64,000 bases of DNA. It comes from an uncultured Methanosarcinaceae archaeon (GTDB lineage Archaea > Halobacteriota > Methanosarcinia > Methanosarcinales > Methanosarcinaceae). This document shows positions 38,880 through 50,349 of this stretch, in pieces. The stretch's first letter is position 1; each line of letters opens with the position of its first letter. The notes under the pieces are model-generated. The model was not told the origin of the DNA and made no database searches. It worked only from the letters and a program-made list of their open reading frames with translations. Location of the stretch: NCBI GenBank assembly GCA_963727895.1, contig CAVSHT010000013.1, forward strand, positions 121,280-185,279, in the 5' to 3' direction. The position numbers and the translations under genes were made by a program.

Positions 38880-39933
38880 TTATCCATACTGGAATCTCGC
38901 CCTCATCAAGGGCGAAAATCCTGCCCATTTTCCAGTGCGGAAACACCTTTTGTTGAAATAAGCAAACAAATTGTAGCAAAAATTAGTTAGACCACTATCA
39001 GTTTTGAATGATCTTGTCTTGTCTACGATGTCTCCTATCAAAGAAAATATCTGTTCCATTGTATTATCCGTCTCAGGTGTAAATCCTTTTTTCAAAAAGT
39101 TTATGTTCTTCATGAAAATTTCTTTTGCATAAGAAATCGCTTTTTGAGATGCTTTTGAAAGTTCAAGATTAGATGCCAGGTTTAGGATATTTTGAAAACA
39201 CACGACAGAATTAATGACCGTATCAGACTGTATTAATTGACAGATTTCATTGTACACAAGTTTATCATTGTCTGGAATACTTTTTACAGATCCAAAATCA
39301 TCACTATACGTAAACGGATTGATATCGCATCTTTTTCCATTCTTTTAATGTAATCTCTCGTCCTATCAGAGTCTCAAACTTCTTTTTCCATCCTTTCTTG
39401 ACCCGATCTCCATCAATATACAAAGTTCCATCAAAATCAGGATTTTGATCTAAAAGTTCTTGCTTAGAAAACACAGATTGTTTTTGCTCATGCAACCATA
39501 ATGAAGAGGCACAAGGAGCTCTGCTGCATATATCAGTCAAACCTTCTGTATATGTTTCGCCTACCCTACAGGAATTGTGAAGACTGCATCTGCTATCGTA
39601 TCTGACAAGCATTTGTTTGTCATAGAACTCATCACTGTAATTTGCGGATCCAGAAACACCAACGATCTGATCATGAAAATGCTTTTTACAAGTAGGACAA
39701 ATCCAGTATGTAGTATTGCAAGTTATGGTGCCATAACTTGTGAGAATTGAACGAGTATAGTGAGAGTTCACATTTAATTTAGCGCCACAAAAATCACAAT
39801 GAGTAGGAGATATTAAAGAGAACAGAGAATGAAAGCGATTTTCAACTAGCAATTTCGGCAAAGGAATTAATACATTGCCTTCAAATATCGTTTTTACCAT
39901 TGAATTCTCGATTGATTTATTTCCTCTTCCCAT
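38880..39933 (-). mobile_element. Transposase remnant (ISH6/ISNCY-like) with probable internal deletion
   Basis: CDFCG...CPTCKKHF Zn ribbon, LYIDG catalytic-like motif, and C-terminal EQIFS..RSFKT...N.R.F..G...G.SP. Confidence 0.55.
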
Positions 39934-40059
39934 TAAAACGAATTTATCTCAATGAAATTAAAATTTTATTGTTTTGCACGATTGAGAAAAAAGAGGTAGA
40001 CTAGAAAATAATAAAAAGTCTCTTATTTTACGAGTCTATAGTAAAGAAAGTCCTTTATA

Positions 40060-40439
40060 ATGACGTAGAGAAAAGGCCTTACGAAATAAAAGATTTTATA
40101 AAACCCAATGGAAAAGAATGGAGCGCTTCTAAAAAATTTTCCTTCATTTTTGATAAATGGGAAATCCCGACTGATATAACTAATAAAACACCTGAATTAG
40201 AAAAGCTAGCAAAATCATTAAACTTCAATAATACACCACATGCTATGACTGAAATACGTAATGAACTTGTACATCCCAAACCTAAATACCAAGGTAAAAT
40301 AAACAGTCGCGCTTTTAATGAAACTCAGAACTTATATCTATGGTTCATTGAACTTTCATTGCTTAAACTGTGTGATTACTCTTGGACATATTACAATCGT
40401 TTCACAAACCAAGTTGAAGATGTTCCATGGAAAAAGTAG
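40060..40439 (+). pseudogene. C-terminal fragment of a HEPN-like (ApeA-type) protein
   Basis: Frame open upstream of 40245 without a start; TEIRNELVHPK motif. Confidence 0.6.
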
Positions 40440-40686
40440 TCTTTTATTAACAAACCAAAATCCATGAATCGATAAACAGGATATAATTAAAGAATATTCT
40501 TGATATTCTTTGTATCATCGACAAATCCAAAAATTCATATGTTTTTCAATAAAATGTTGTGGTGGATATCCACCACTCACCTGATGTCAATATATGCTGC
40601 CCTGGTTCTGATTGTCGCTCATTCTTCTTTCTTGAATTCAGGCGTCGTACTCGTAAACTGAACATCAAGAGAAGCTACATCAGATT

Positions 40687-41712
40687 TTATGTTGGTATCG
40701 GAGTTTCTGTCGGTTTTTCGGTTTGGTCTTCAAGGTTACATAAATATATACCATCATTATCCGCACTATTAACATAGTTCTTGTCTATTCCCCATACAAC
40801 CGTGTTATTGTAGACTTCTGGCGTCGTATAAGCTTCTTCAGGATACTCATATACCAGTGTGCTATTTCCTGTTGATATGTTATATACATATACTCCAGGC
40901 TTGCCTTCATAATCATCAACGCATTTATTGTATACAATTTTATTATTTTGTATGGCGACATGAGTCCCTGTGCTGGCACCGTATTCATTTCCATTTGGAT
41001 CGGTGTCAAGTTGATGTGTGATATTTATGGTTTCATTTGTTGATGCATCATACATCGCAATAAATCCCTGATGGTTATATGTATCAGACCAAATGACTTT
41101 ATTACACCATATACGCGGTCCATTTGGATCTCCAGATGATGTGACAGTTATTTTTTTAGTCGTATTGATGTCATACATTCTAATAGACATATCCACTTCT
41201 GGATCTTCTGAATAAGAGTAATACACAACTTTTGTGCCATATATATCGGGATTACTACCGTCTCCTATTTTAGTTTGTTTGGATTTAGATATGTCCCTGA
41301 AATACACACTATCATTTGCACTCCAGACGATCCTGCTGCCGTAAATAGCAGGTTTGCTATATTGGTCAACATTCCGCGTGATGTAACTTTTTGCAGCTGT
41401 TGGTATATCATACACAACAAGCCTTGGTATTCCGCTGCTGTCATCATGCCACACTAACTTGTTATCATAAATAGCAGGAGATGACGCTCCAGAAGAACTA
41501 ACCGTAGTGTCTGTTTTGTCGGTCAGGTTGTATAAATGAATAACAACTCCATTTGTCCATACTACTTTGTCACCATGAATAGCAGGATCGTATCCGGTAC
41601 CAATTTTCGTGATTTGAACCGCTGAAGCTGCGGCTGATATTAAAATCAAAAAAACAAAACATAGGAATACTGAAGCTAGAGATATTGAAAATAGCTTCCC
41701 CTTATTTTTCAT
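40687..41712 (-). CDS. Secreted beta-propeller cell-surface protein (Methanosarcina repeat type), probably C-terminally truncated
   Basis: Signal peptide; repeated PAIYGxxIVW..IYLYDL units. Confidence 0.8.
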   Translation of the reverse strand: MKNKGKLFSISLASVFLCFVFLILISAAASAVQITKIGTGYDPAIHGDKVVWTNGVVIHLYNLTDKTDTTVSSSGASSPAIYDNKLVWHDDSSGIPRLVVYDIPTAAKSYITRNVDQYSKPAIYGSRIVWSANDSVYFRDISKSKQTKIGDGSNPDIYGTKVVYYSYSEDPEVDMSIRMYDINTTKKITVTSSGDPNGPRIWCNKVIWSDTYNHQGFIAMYDASTNETINITHQLDTDPNGNEYGASTGTHVAIQNNKIVYNKCVDDYEGKPGVYVYNISTGNSTLVYEYPEEAYTTPEVYNNTVVWGIDKNYVNSADNDGIYLCNLEDQTEKPTETPIPT

Positions 41713-42314
41713 TAATTTCCCCCCAATATCATTATTTTCAAAGTTAATGTACGGTATATAGTCCTATTTTCAGGTTCCGTAATAATATCTTCATCTATTA
41801 CCAAAGTCACATTAATCCAGACTTTAATCCAGAATTAGACTATTTGTCCAAAAATATGTGATTAATCAGTAAAGAGACTACGTAGATATTATCTAATTTT
41901 ATGAATAATAAATTATCTAATCTTCATTATATAAAGATTCATGAACTTAAATTAAAAGTAATTCTTCTACCATTTAGATTAAATTTGCATCTATCTATTT
42001 CTATGGCTTCCTTGAATAAAAAGTAATCACTAAAAACACAATTTCTCAATTCAAGATAAAGATGTAGAAGGTACTATATAAAAACGGCATGAAGAATGTT
42101 AATTAATTAAGATTTATAATCCAGTAACTAAGATTAAATTTAAAAAAGAAGCGAGATACATATACGATCATACAATCCAAACAGAACTGAAAGAAAGCGC
42201 TATCTGAAATACGTTCCTCACTTTCAATCAAATTTTTAGAGAATTTCATATTTTTCAAATTTTCACTAATTTAGTTGTTTTACTGAGAGTTAATACCAGT
42301 AAAATATACAATAA

Positions 42315-42455
42315 GAGAATCCCCAAAACCTCTTTTCTTGTTAAATCAATAAAAGATTCAGATACATATTCAATGAAAAGAAAACTGATTGGTAAACCTG
42401 ATTGATCTCTCAAAATTTAAGTTTAGAAAACCAATTTTGAGTTTAGGGGCAACTC
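42315..42455. mobile_element. Possible degenerate MITE
   Basis: Imperfect IRs GAGAATCCCCAAAACCTC / GAGTTTAGGGGCAACTC resembling the 44288 element. Confidence 0.35.
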
Positions 42456-43006
42456 AATGAATACTATATTAAATATTTATGACCTCCTGTTTATTTTTTG
42501 GTCATGCATAATTATAGAAATTTCCTACTTTCAACAGATCTTAAAATGTTTCATTAAATAAAAAGAGATATTTACAAGGATAAAAATATATGAACTAAAA
42601 TCTATCCTTTATATATATTAAGAAGAATACTAAATAATAAATAACAATTTTTTTATATATAAAGAAAATATTAATTTATACGAAATCCAGAGGAACACAA
42701 AATGAAAAAAATATCAAGCATTTCTGAGATGAAAATAGTGTGTAAAAAGTACGGGGATATTCTTTCAGGTTGATGATATTCTGAATATAGTTATGTTAAT
42801 TTTAGATTTTGTAGTTATCTGTCTTGCAACCTGGGTTGTGTTTATAGTTTTGTTTAAACTAGTCGGTTATTTTGTACGTGTCTTCAATTTGAAAAATAAC
42901 GAGTAATTGACATATTTCTGTAAGCTAACTATTGAGTTAAAAAAAGCAGTTCAAAATATAGTACACGTTTTCAATAGAATTCCAGGAAATCACAAAATAA
43001 TCTGAA

Positions 43007-43310
43007 AATGCCGTGCCTTCAAGAAAAAAATTAATCTTAGCTTCAAAAAGAGACAAAAGATAATATAAAGAACAACGGCACGAAGAGCGCTAATTAGTCA
43101 ACCTGAAGCAAATGAAGGATCTTATGGATTCATCTCCAGAAGCGTAGTCTATGACGCTACAACAGAACACGCTCAGCGTTCAGGCTTCCATAATCCCAGA
43201 GGCAAGTTAAACGAGAAATTTACGCCACATTTTCTGGCACTTTTTTACAACCTGGATGCGTCGCTCTGGCTGTCCAAGATCCATAATCCAGGAATTCCAA
43301 GGAGAATGTT
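43007..43310 (+). pseudogene. Tyrosine recombinase/integrase C-terminal remnant
   Basis: Manual translation ...GFHNPRGKLNEKFTPH [frameshift] FWHFFTTWMRRSGCPRSIIQEFQG resembles the H-x-x-R-H box II and downstream helix. Confidence 0.6.
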
Positions 43311-43368
43311 TCCGTATTTTTAATTTTTTAATGTACTGCAATCTGATACTGTTCTGACGAGTTATTCG

Positions 43369-43707
43369 TTGGACAAGTCAAGTATAATGAGGATAGAGGC
43401 TGTGTTGGACAAAATAATATGTAAGTTGATTAAGAAACGGCAAGTCACTTTTGGTGATATAATTGATCATATGAAGTTTTATGCTTTTATTTATGCAGAA
43501 TTAATTATGATTATTTGTCTTATTCCAGTAATTACAGCTATTTTCAACCCTCAGTCTTTTGAATTGGTAGCATTAAGTACACCAGTTATGATTATATTTG
43601 TAATGGTTCCTTATTTCATTATTTATTCATTTAAATATATATTAGAAGCTTTAGGAGTATATAGTAATATAATTGAAATGAAAATTGCAGAATGTCCGAA
43701 AAATTGA
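43369..43707 (+). CDS. Hypothetical two-TM membrane protein
   Basis: Two hydrophobic stretches; AT-rich; start uncertain. Confidence 0.4.
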   Translation: MDKSSIMRIEAVLDKIICKLIKKRQVTFGDIIDHMKFYAFIYAELIMIICLIPVITAIFNPQSFELVALSTPVMIIFVMVPYFIIYSFKYILEALGVYSNIIEMKIAECPKN

Positions 43708-43945
43708 GAATTAGTAGCTAATGACAAGGATACTATTGGTAACTTTAAAGAAAATATTATGTTGATTCTTGGTTGTATAATTTTCTTACTGATGATAATT
43801 CTTGTTGCAGAAATTATATACTTTCATGTACCTATAGAGGGGCCTGTTGGGACATAAACGACGAGTGAGTTAAAGCATCTGGTATTTTTGTCACCTTAAT
43901 AGTTTTTTAATAGTTTTATATATTATTATCTCATAAAACAATTGC

Positions 43946-45370
43946 ATGCCAAATGAAAATGATATTATATTAAAAATATTATTTGAAATTAGTACCATAG
44001 ATGAAAATAATAGGTTAAGATCCACAGAAATAGGGGAATTTGCATCGCACGTTAAATATTTAACACTCTTAAAGTCAGTGTCACTAAAAGAAAATAGAAT
44101 CAAAACGAAACTTGAATTTATGCGGTATTATTTTGATTGTGAAAACCAACTGTTTTTTGCTGAAGCTAATGATATTCTTGTTTTATTAAAAAACAAAATA
44201 AGCCAGATTATGAATTATTTATAGAACTATTATATAAAAAACTTGATAATATTCAAAAAGAATCTGATATAGAAAAATATACTCTATGAGCCCATCCCAA
44301 AACTCAAATTTACTTATCTGGATCTCGTATTTTAAGCGACCAATTAAACTTATGACTATGAGGCCAATCTTTAATATTTCTGAGATTTGAGAACAAAAAT
44401 GAGTTTTGGGATAGGCTCTATATTATCCAATAAATATAACCGCATTAGAAAACAAAATTACTGAATTCCGTATTAGAGATATAGCTATTAACATTTTAAA
44501 TTACTCTAATGTTAAAAATGATATAGATGATAAAACTTTAGAAAACGAGGTGTTCAAACCTAAAGATATTGATAAAACTAAATACCAGTATGCTAAAGTT
44601 TCTGTTTGGAGTCGAAACAAAGAATATGCAAAAAGAAAAGCAACTCGGTATGTTAATTTATTATTAGATTTTATTTCTTATGATAAAACATTTAAAAGAC
44701 CCACGAATAGATTATGGGGTCCATCTAAACCACTATTTGAACTCGAGCTAATTTATATTTTTATTTTTAAAAATAACGTTTATTCTACAAATTGTTACTT
44801 TGAAGACACTAGTATAGCTACTGAATTTTACGATTTAGATGATTACAACATTAAGAATTTAAAGTTAATGTTGACCCAGTTCAATAGTGCTTATCTAAAA
44901 ACTCAAGATATAATCAACAACTCAATGAAGCAATATCATTTAGGCTTAAAGGAAAAAGTTATAAGTAGTTCATTTTTGAGTTTTTGGACATCACTAGAGA
45001 TATTAACTTTAAAAAAAAGAGTTTATCACATAATGAAGTAAAGAACAGATTGAAATCAGTTATTAAAATGAATGATATTCATGAATACCAGATTGAAAGA
45101 CTATACAAATTAAGAAATAACTTGGTACACACTGGAAGCTATTCTGAGATCACACAGTTTGATAGAAACGTTATGAAAGGTTATGTAGAAAAGTTATTTG
45201 AGTTTTTTATGTTTCATTTTTCAAAGCATAGTTATTCTGAAATTAATATGTGTTACAAATATTTACAAGAAGATGTTACTTCTTTAAATGAATTAAGAGA
45301 AGATGCTTCTTTAAGAGTAAATAAAAGTTTGATTGATGAAATGATTCGACTGAAAACTCCTAGTCAATAA
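43946..45370 (+). pseudogene. HEPN-like (ApeA-type) protein broken by a MITE and frameshifts
   Basis: Fragments join after removing the MITE; FWTSLE.L and LYKLRNNLVHTG motifs; frameshift at A8 (45011-45018). Confidence 0.7.
44288..44418. mobile_element. 131-bp MITE with 19-bp TIRs and TAT target duplication
   Basis: GAGCCCATCCCAAAACTCA / TGAGTTTTGGGATAGGCTC; TAT on both sides; excision restores the reading frame. Confidence 0.85.
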
Positions 45371-45546
45371 TTATTATAAATGTTACGTTTTAAAAGAATA
45401 GCCCCTCAAAAACAAATATTTTACTGAAAATTTTAAGAAAAAACCAACATATCTAAAATATTGATATGTAGATCCAAAATTGAATGGAGTACTAAAAAGC
45501 AGACAAAAAAGTAAATAAATACTGAGTAGAGAAAAATGAATTAATT

Positions 45547-45663
45547 AGGACTTACGCACTTGAGGTGAATAATCAAGCACAATAAACACTGTGGCTAAAT
45601 GTATATTTTAGAGAATTAAAGGTCTAAAGCACACTAATTTTTCAGTTCAACCGTGTAAGTCCT
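45547..45663. mobile_element. 117-bp MITE with ATT target duplication
   Basis: TIRs AGGACTTACGCACTTGA / TCAACCGTGTAAGTCCT; ATT on both flanks. Confidence 0.8.
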
Positions 45664-45855
45664 ATTAATAATAATAGAGTTATAAAAATTTTAATATGTT
45701 AGACAGTTTATACAAAACAAATTAACTAATTCTTGTAGTATGTAAAACTCGTTATGCTCTTATTTTGAAAAAATGCCGCAACAAATAGAGAAAATTAATT
45801 TTCATTTAAGAAATAAAAACGATTCTATTTTTCACAAAAAAGCTAGAAAAATGAA

Positions 45856-45940
45856 CGCTGAGGGGGAGATTCGAACTCCCGTAGCGCGAGGCGCTACCGG
45901 TTTTCAAGACCGGCGCCGTGGTCCGCTGGGCTACCTCAGC
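45856..45940 (-). tRNA. tRNA-Ser (anticodon UGA)
   Basis: Cloverleaf: acceptor GCTGAGG/CCTCAGC, anticodon arm CCGGT-CTTGAAA-ACCGG, long variable arm, GTTCGAATC T-loop, discriminator G. Confidence 0.97.
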
Positions 45941-46090
45941 AGGTTGAATGAATAACTTTTTCCTTCCAGAAAAGAAATGCTGCAAATTACATCGTATTCC
46001 GGGAAGCGTATACAAGAAACCCAATTATGGTATATAAAATTTGCGAAGAGAAAAAAGCTCTTCGCAGTTTTAAAGATTATTAGATTTAAC

Positions 46091-46831
46091 TCAAGCTTCT
46101 GGCTCTGAGGTTTCTTCTGATGCAGGTTTTGCTTCAGACTCTGCTTCAGGTTCAGCTTCAACTTCTGGTTCGGCTGTAAGTTTTTCGACGAACTGAACTT
46201 CTTTAAAGCCAGAATACTTAAAGAGCTCGGACGCGACTCTGTTCTTTGCCATGAGCCAGCGTTGATTGAAGGTCAATCCAGTAGGAGTATAGATCTTTGC
46301 AACACCGTCCTCGAGCTCAATTTCCATATCTCTGAGACCGGTGTATAGAGCTAGCAAGCCCTGGATTTTCTCAACATCGGTATCAAGGAATTTTTCAATT
46401 GTGTACTCATATTTAACGGTCTTGCCTGCAAGAGGGCTGTTAAAATCAATTGTAACTCTTCTGCCTATAACTCTACTGACAATTCCCCTTCTGCCGTCTA
46501 CCTCAACAGCAAGGCCAGGGTGAACATTTCTATCTTTAAGTTTCGTAATGGAAACAGTCTCTACAAGTTTGGGGTTGCTCAGGCCAAAAGCTTTTTCTGG
46601 AGGGATTGCAACAGTTCCACTGTAACCGACATCTTTTCCTTCAAGATCTTCTTCAAGGCCCTCAATTGTATGACCAGCTCCAACGATAACAACGTCTCCG
46701 CCGTAAAGCCCGCTGGGACTAAAGATCTCTTCTTTTTGTGCAAGTTCTTCATCTGTTGTATCGAAAACCCTATCGTCTTCGAATTTACCTGTGTAATTCA
46801 ATTTTATGAAATCGCCTTTCTGGATTGCCAT
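46091..46831 (-). CDS. FKBP-type peptidyl-prolyl isomerase (long archaeal SlyD-like)
   Basis: YTGK...VFDTT, PPEKAFG and DFNSPLAGK motifs; acidic tail. Confidence 0.92.
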   Translation of the reverse strand: MAIQKGDFIKLNYTGKFEDDRVFDTTDEELAQKEEIFSPSGLYGGDVVIVGAGHTIEGLEEDLEGKDVGYSGTVAIPPEKAFGLSNPKLVETVSITKLKDRNVHPGLAVEVDGRRGIVSRVIGRRVTIDFNSPLAGKTVKYEYTIEKFLDTDVEKIQGLLALYTGLRDMEIELEDGVAKIYTPTGLTFNQRWLMAKNRVASELFKYSGFKEVQFVEKLTAEPEVEAEPEAESEAKPASEETSEPEA

Positions 46832-47211
46832 AATTTTCAACTCTTTTATTAAATTAACTAATATGATAAGCAAGAAAATTATTCATTGTTATCTAATTCA
46901 GCGTAATGTGTTTCACGCTATAGAACTCTGCCTTTAATAAGCTTTTTGGGGATCTGTAAGGTTACTGCCGATCTTAAGAATAGTACAATAAAATTTACAC
47001 TATTAACGATTATCGATTGAATCGGTATTGGTTGACCGCAACACATTTAATATTTGCACACTTGCTTGAAAATAAGCAGATGAAGTTATTTTTACTTTAT
47101 ATCGATCGTAAATAATTATCATCTTTTACAAGAATGCCCATTTCCTGCAAATTGCCCGGACAAAAGCGAAAGTCCCGGCAAGAAAATTCTTGTTTCTATA
47201 TTTTAAGCTTT

Positions 47212-47231
47212 GGCATTGGTAAACAAAAATA
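47212..47231 (+). mobile_element. Solo IS1 left inverted repeat
   Basis: GGCATTGGTAAACAAAAATA, identical to the end of IS1 copy 2, with no IS body. Confidence 0.7.
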
Positions 47232-47340
47232 CTACATATTGTATTCAAAGTCGCGTAGAAAAATCATTAGCCGATGGCAAATGATAGTTACTTATACTAA
47301 TTTCAAGAATATGGTATACTATTTTAAACCATAAAAATAT

Positions 47341-48236
47341 CGATGGTCCATTTTTATTTGATTGATGTTTTAAAACACCTGAATGTTAGCAGTTCCTTTA
47401 AAGTCCATATTGAGTCCACAATTCCTGCCTCTCTTGCAGGTGTATTTTTACATTCAACCCCTCTTTCATCTTTGTACTTTAATCCTCCATGACCTCTACA
47501 GAAGTTAAAATGGGTACAATATAACCTCATTTGATACTCTAACCATTCTTTCGCTTTTGAAAATCCTATTGTTTTTCTTGAAACTCTGTTGTTATCCTGC
47601 CTAAAAGTCAGGTTTTGTCTTTCAAGTAAAGTTGTTGAGATTTCGCTTTGTTCAATGTCTTTTCCAAAGATAGTCTTCTTCTCTACTTTCTTAAGTAACC
47701 CATTTATTCTTATTTTGACTACCTGTGCATATTTCAAATCATCAGAGGGAAAAATTTTTGGTTTCTTTGGTCTTCCTCTTTTCCCAGTCCTTGGAAACTC
47801 AATCAAAACTCCAAAATGTTTCAAAAAAGCTTCTCTATAAAAATTCAACCCATCTGTGACAAAAAGAGGGATTTTATCAGAAAGATGTTTTTTAACTGAC
47901 TCAACTAACTTGTCCGCAACATACTGTTTTCTTGGTCCGATTACAAAGTCAAGTATTAGCCTACAACCTGGTGCAAAAGCTATCCACATCCATGGTCCAT
48001 CATCTTCATAATCTTTCATTTTAGGAACTTTTTTTTTGAATTATTACCCATAGTTCATCCATGTTTTTCATCATGCTGTCATTTACTTTATTGTCTTGGT
48101 TAGTAAGACCATAGAGTTTGCAGTTTTTATTTGGACAAGCAACGTCAATAAATCGTGGTTTTGGGCCTCGTTTATCCATAGTATAAATATATGATTTTCA
48201 AATATATAATATCAATCAGATACAAATTAACCATCC
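47341..48236 (-). mobile_element. Second IS1-family element (internally deleted) with TIRs and TSD
   Basis: 25-bp imperfect IRs GATGGT..ATTT.TAT.TGATTGAT; AAAATAT duplicated on both flanks; ORF from 48179 joins the DDE frame (DELW, FVTDG, ERQNLTFR) by -1 shift at an A9 run. Confidence 0.85.
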
Positions 48237-48691
48237 AAAATATTTCAAGGTTTAATTTGTTTTATTTAAATAAGAATATGGCGCATAATTTCTCGGATCA
48301 ATGCAAAAAAATAATAGAGGGAAAATATAATGTTCCTTCTGAATATACTAACATTATTAAGAACGAAATGAATTGGTATAATGAGGTTCATTTAATCCGA
48401 AGTAATATGAACCATTTTTTAATTGGTGACTACGATATCAAAAAAACAAAATATGGAGAATGGGTTTTCAAATACCAAAATATAAATTTATCTTTCCGCA
48501 CCTCACAAACAGGCTTAGAAGATATTGAAAGGGACATTAAAAAAGATGTCAATGATTTATATCTTATTTTATTTCAGACCTTAAAAAAAATATTTTTAAC
48601 ATACTTAAAAAAAGCAGGACCCAATTCTAAAGGCCATTTTTTGAAATACACTAAAGATGGAATGTGTATTCATGAGTTATCATTTAAATAA
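48237..48691 (+). pseudogene. HEPN-like protein fragment interrupted by the IS
   Basis: WYNEVHLIRSNMNHF (RxxxxH); the frame continues across the IS junction. Confidence 0.45.
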
Positions 48692-49138
48692 TATATTTCT
48701 GGAGAAAAAGGCATAATTATAGAAAAGCTGGGTTAATACTTTTGTAAGAGAGTGTTAAATTTAACAGTGAAAACATTTAAATAATTGGTTTAAAAATTGA
48801 CTAGTTTGAATTTTGAGAGACAACTCTTATTTAAATATAAAACTATCTCTTTGAGAAAATAATTATAAAAAGTATTTATATATTAGTGTATATTTATAAT
48901 ATTAGATTTTTTAGGTTATATGCAGACTAAAAGTTATTTAGTCAAACAATTTTGTAAAAATATATTTTTTCAAGGCTATTTCTAAGAGTTTTACTGTTTA
49001 AATATAATAGTTGCGTACAAATTCTTAGCGTTGTATACCACCGTAATTTAGTGCTAAGAGGTAATATCAGAGCATATCTTAAGATTAATGTCCATTATCT
49101 AATTGTATTAATAAGTCTTGACAAATAAACAAACTTTT

Positions 49139-49789
49139 TCACATAGATTTATGTGGCTTAAATCTTACAGTCTAATTCCAGAGATTTCCTTCAACTTTAT
49201 CCAGGATAAAACCAGCTTCTTCTCCTAACTTAATAGTAGTAGATTTTAAAGGGTAATCTGGATCAGGTAAAAATTCTGTTACTGCAAGAATTCCGCCAGG
49301 CTTCAGAACTCTTTTCATCTCTTTTAAAGCCCTATTTCTGTCTGGAAGTTCCTGAAGGACTGTTACTGTATACACCAGATCGAAGAAATTATCATTAAAA
49401 GGTAGTTTATGCACATCTCCTTCTACAAGACTGATATTTTTGATATCCCTATATTCTGGTCTGGATAGTTTCTTCTTTAGCTGGATTAACATTTTTGGTT
49501 GGATGTCAAGAGCGTATACTTCTCCTTTAATTCCACTAGCCCTTGCAGCAAAGGTTGTAAACGCTCCACTTCCGCACCCAACCTCAAGAATACGCATTCC
49601 TTCTTTTATCCCGCTTCGCTTTATCACTTTATCAGGAGGCTGCAATTTTCTTCTAAAATCACTATCTAAAAAAGGTCCCATGAATGCTGGTGGTGAAAGT
49701 GCATAAAATCTTTTAATAATTCTTAATGCAACCTGCAATAAAACAAAAAAACCAAAAATTTTCAGAAAAGTCTTTGTACGTCCCCTCAT
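49139..49789 (-). CDS. Class I SAM-dependent methyltransferase (UbiE-like) with in-frame TAG near the C-terminus
   Basis: ILEVGCGSG, ALDIQ, GDVHKLPF and RVLKPGG motifs; TAG at 49172-49174, read-through adds TVRFKPHKSM. Confidence 0.85.
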
Positions 49790-50175
49790 ATCTAAAACCC
49801 CCTTTTAGAATATCAATAGTTCTGAACTTCTATATTTCAGAATTTCCGTAGTTATGAATTTCGTTAGTTCTGAATTGCATAGGTAATTTCAATATTTTGA
49901 AACTAATTTTGACAGATTTTCGACAGACACAAAAGAGACAAGAACTATTAATAGTTTAGATTAATAATTAACATGAAAGGTTTTTATATTTTTGTTATAA
50001 TACCCTTATATTGTGGGGAAAGATAATATGGGTTACTACGCGGTTTTTCAATTTTCTTGACGTTCTGTCAAGTACATGGAAGCTATGGAATGGTTTCAGT
50101 TACAGTTGGACCTATAAAATGACCAGCCCTTGTTAACTTGAAAGTACAGCAAATTATATGAAGAGGTGAAATCTT

Positions 50176-50349
50176 TTGAGTCACCAAGTTCCTCAAAAAA
50201 GAAGAGGTCAGAAACCAAAATTCGATCATGAAAAAATAGAAGAACTTCTCAAAGCAGGTGAGAAACCCTTTAAGATTATGCTGCTGGTAGGTTGTTCTTA
50301 TGGAGTTTTACGGTATGTAAGAAAGAAAATGGGAAGAAAGAAAGTATAA
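50176..50349 (+). CDS. 57-aa resolvase-type HTH protein
   Basis: MSHQVPQKRRGQKPKFDHEKIEELLKAG...VGCSYGVLRYVRKK; GAGGTGA RBS; below the ORF-track cutoff. Confidence 0.6.
   Translation: MSHQVPQKRRGQKPKFDHEKIEELLKAGEKPFKIMLLVGCSYGVLRYVRKKMGRKKV

Noticed and set aside
45856..45940. tRNA-Sec or suppressor tRNA
   Set aside because: The anticodon is UGA (reads UCA, Ser), with a standard 7-bp acceptor stem
45773..46161. Short ORFs overlapping the tRNA
   Set aside because: Spurious frames across an RNA gene
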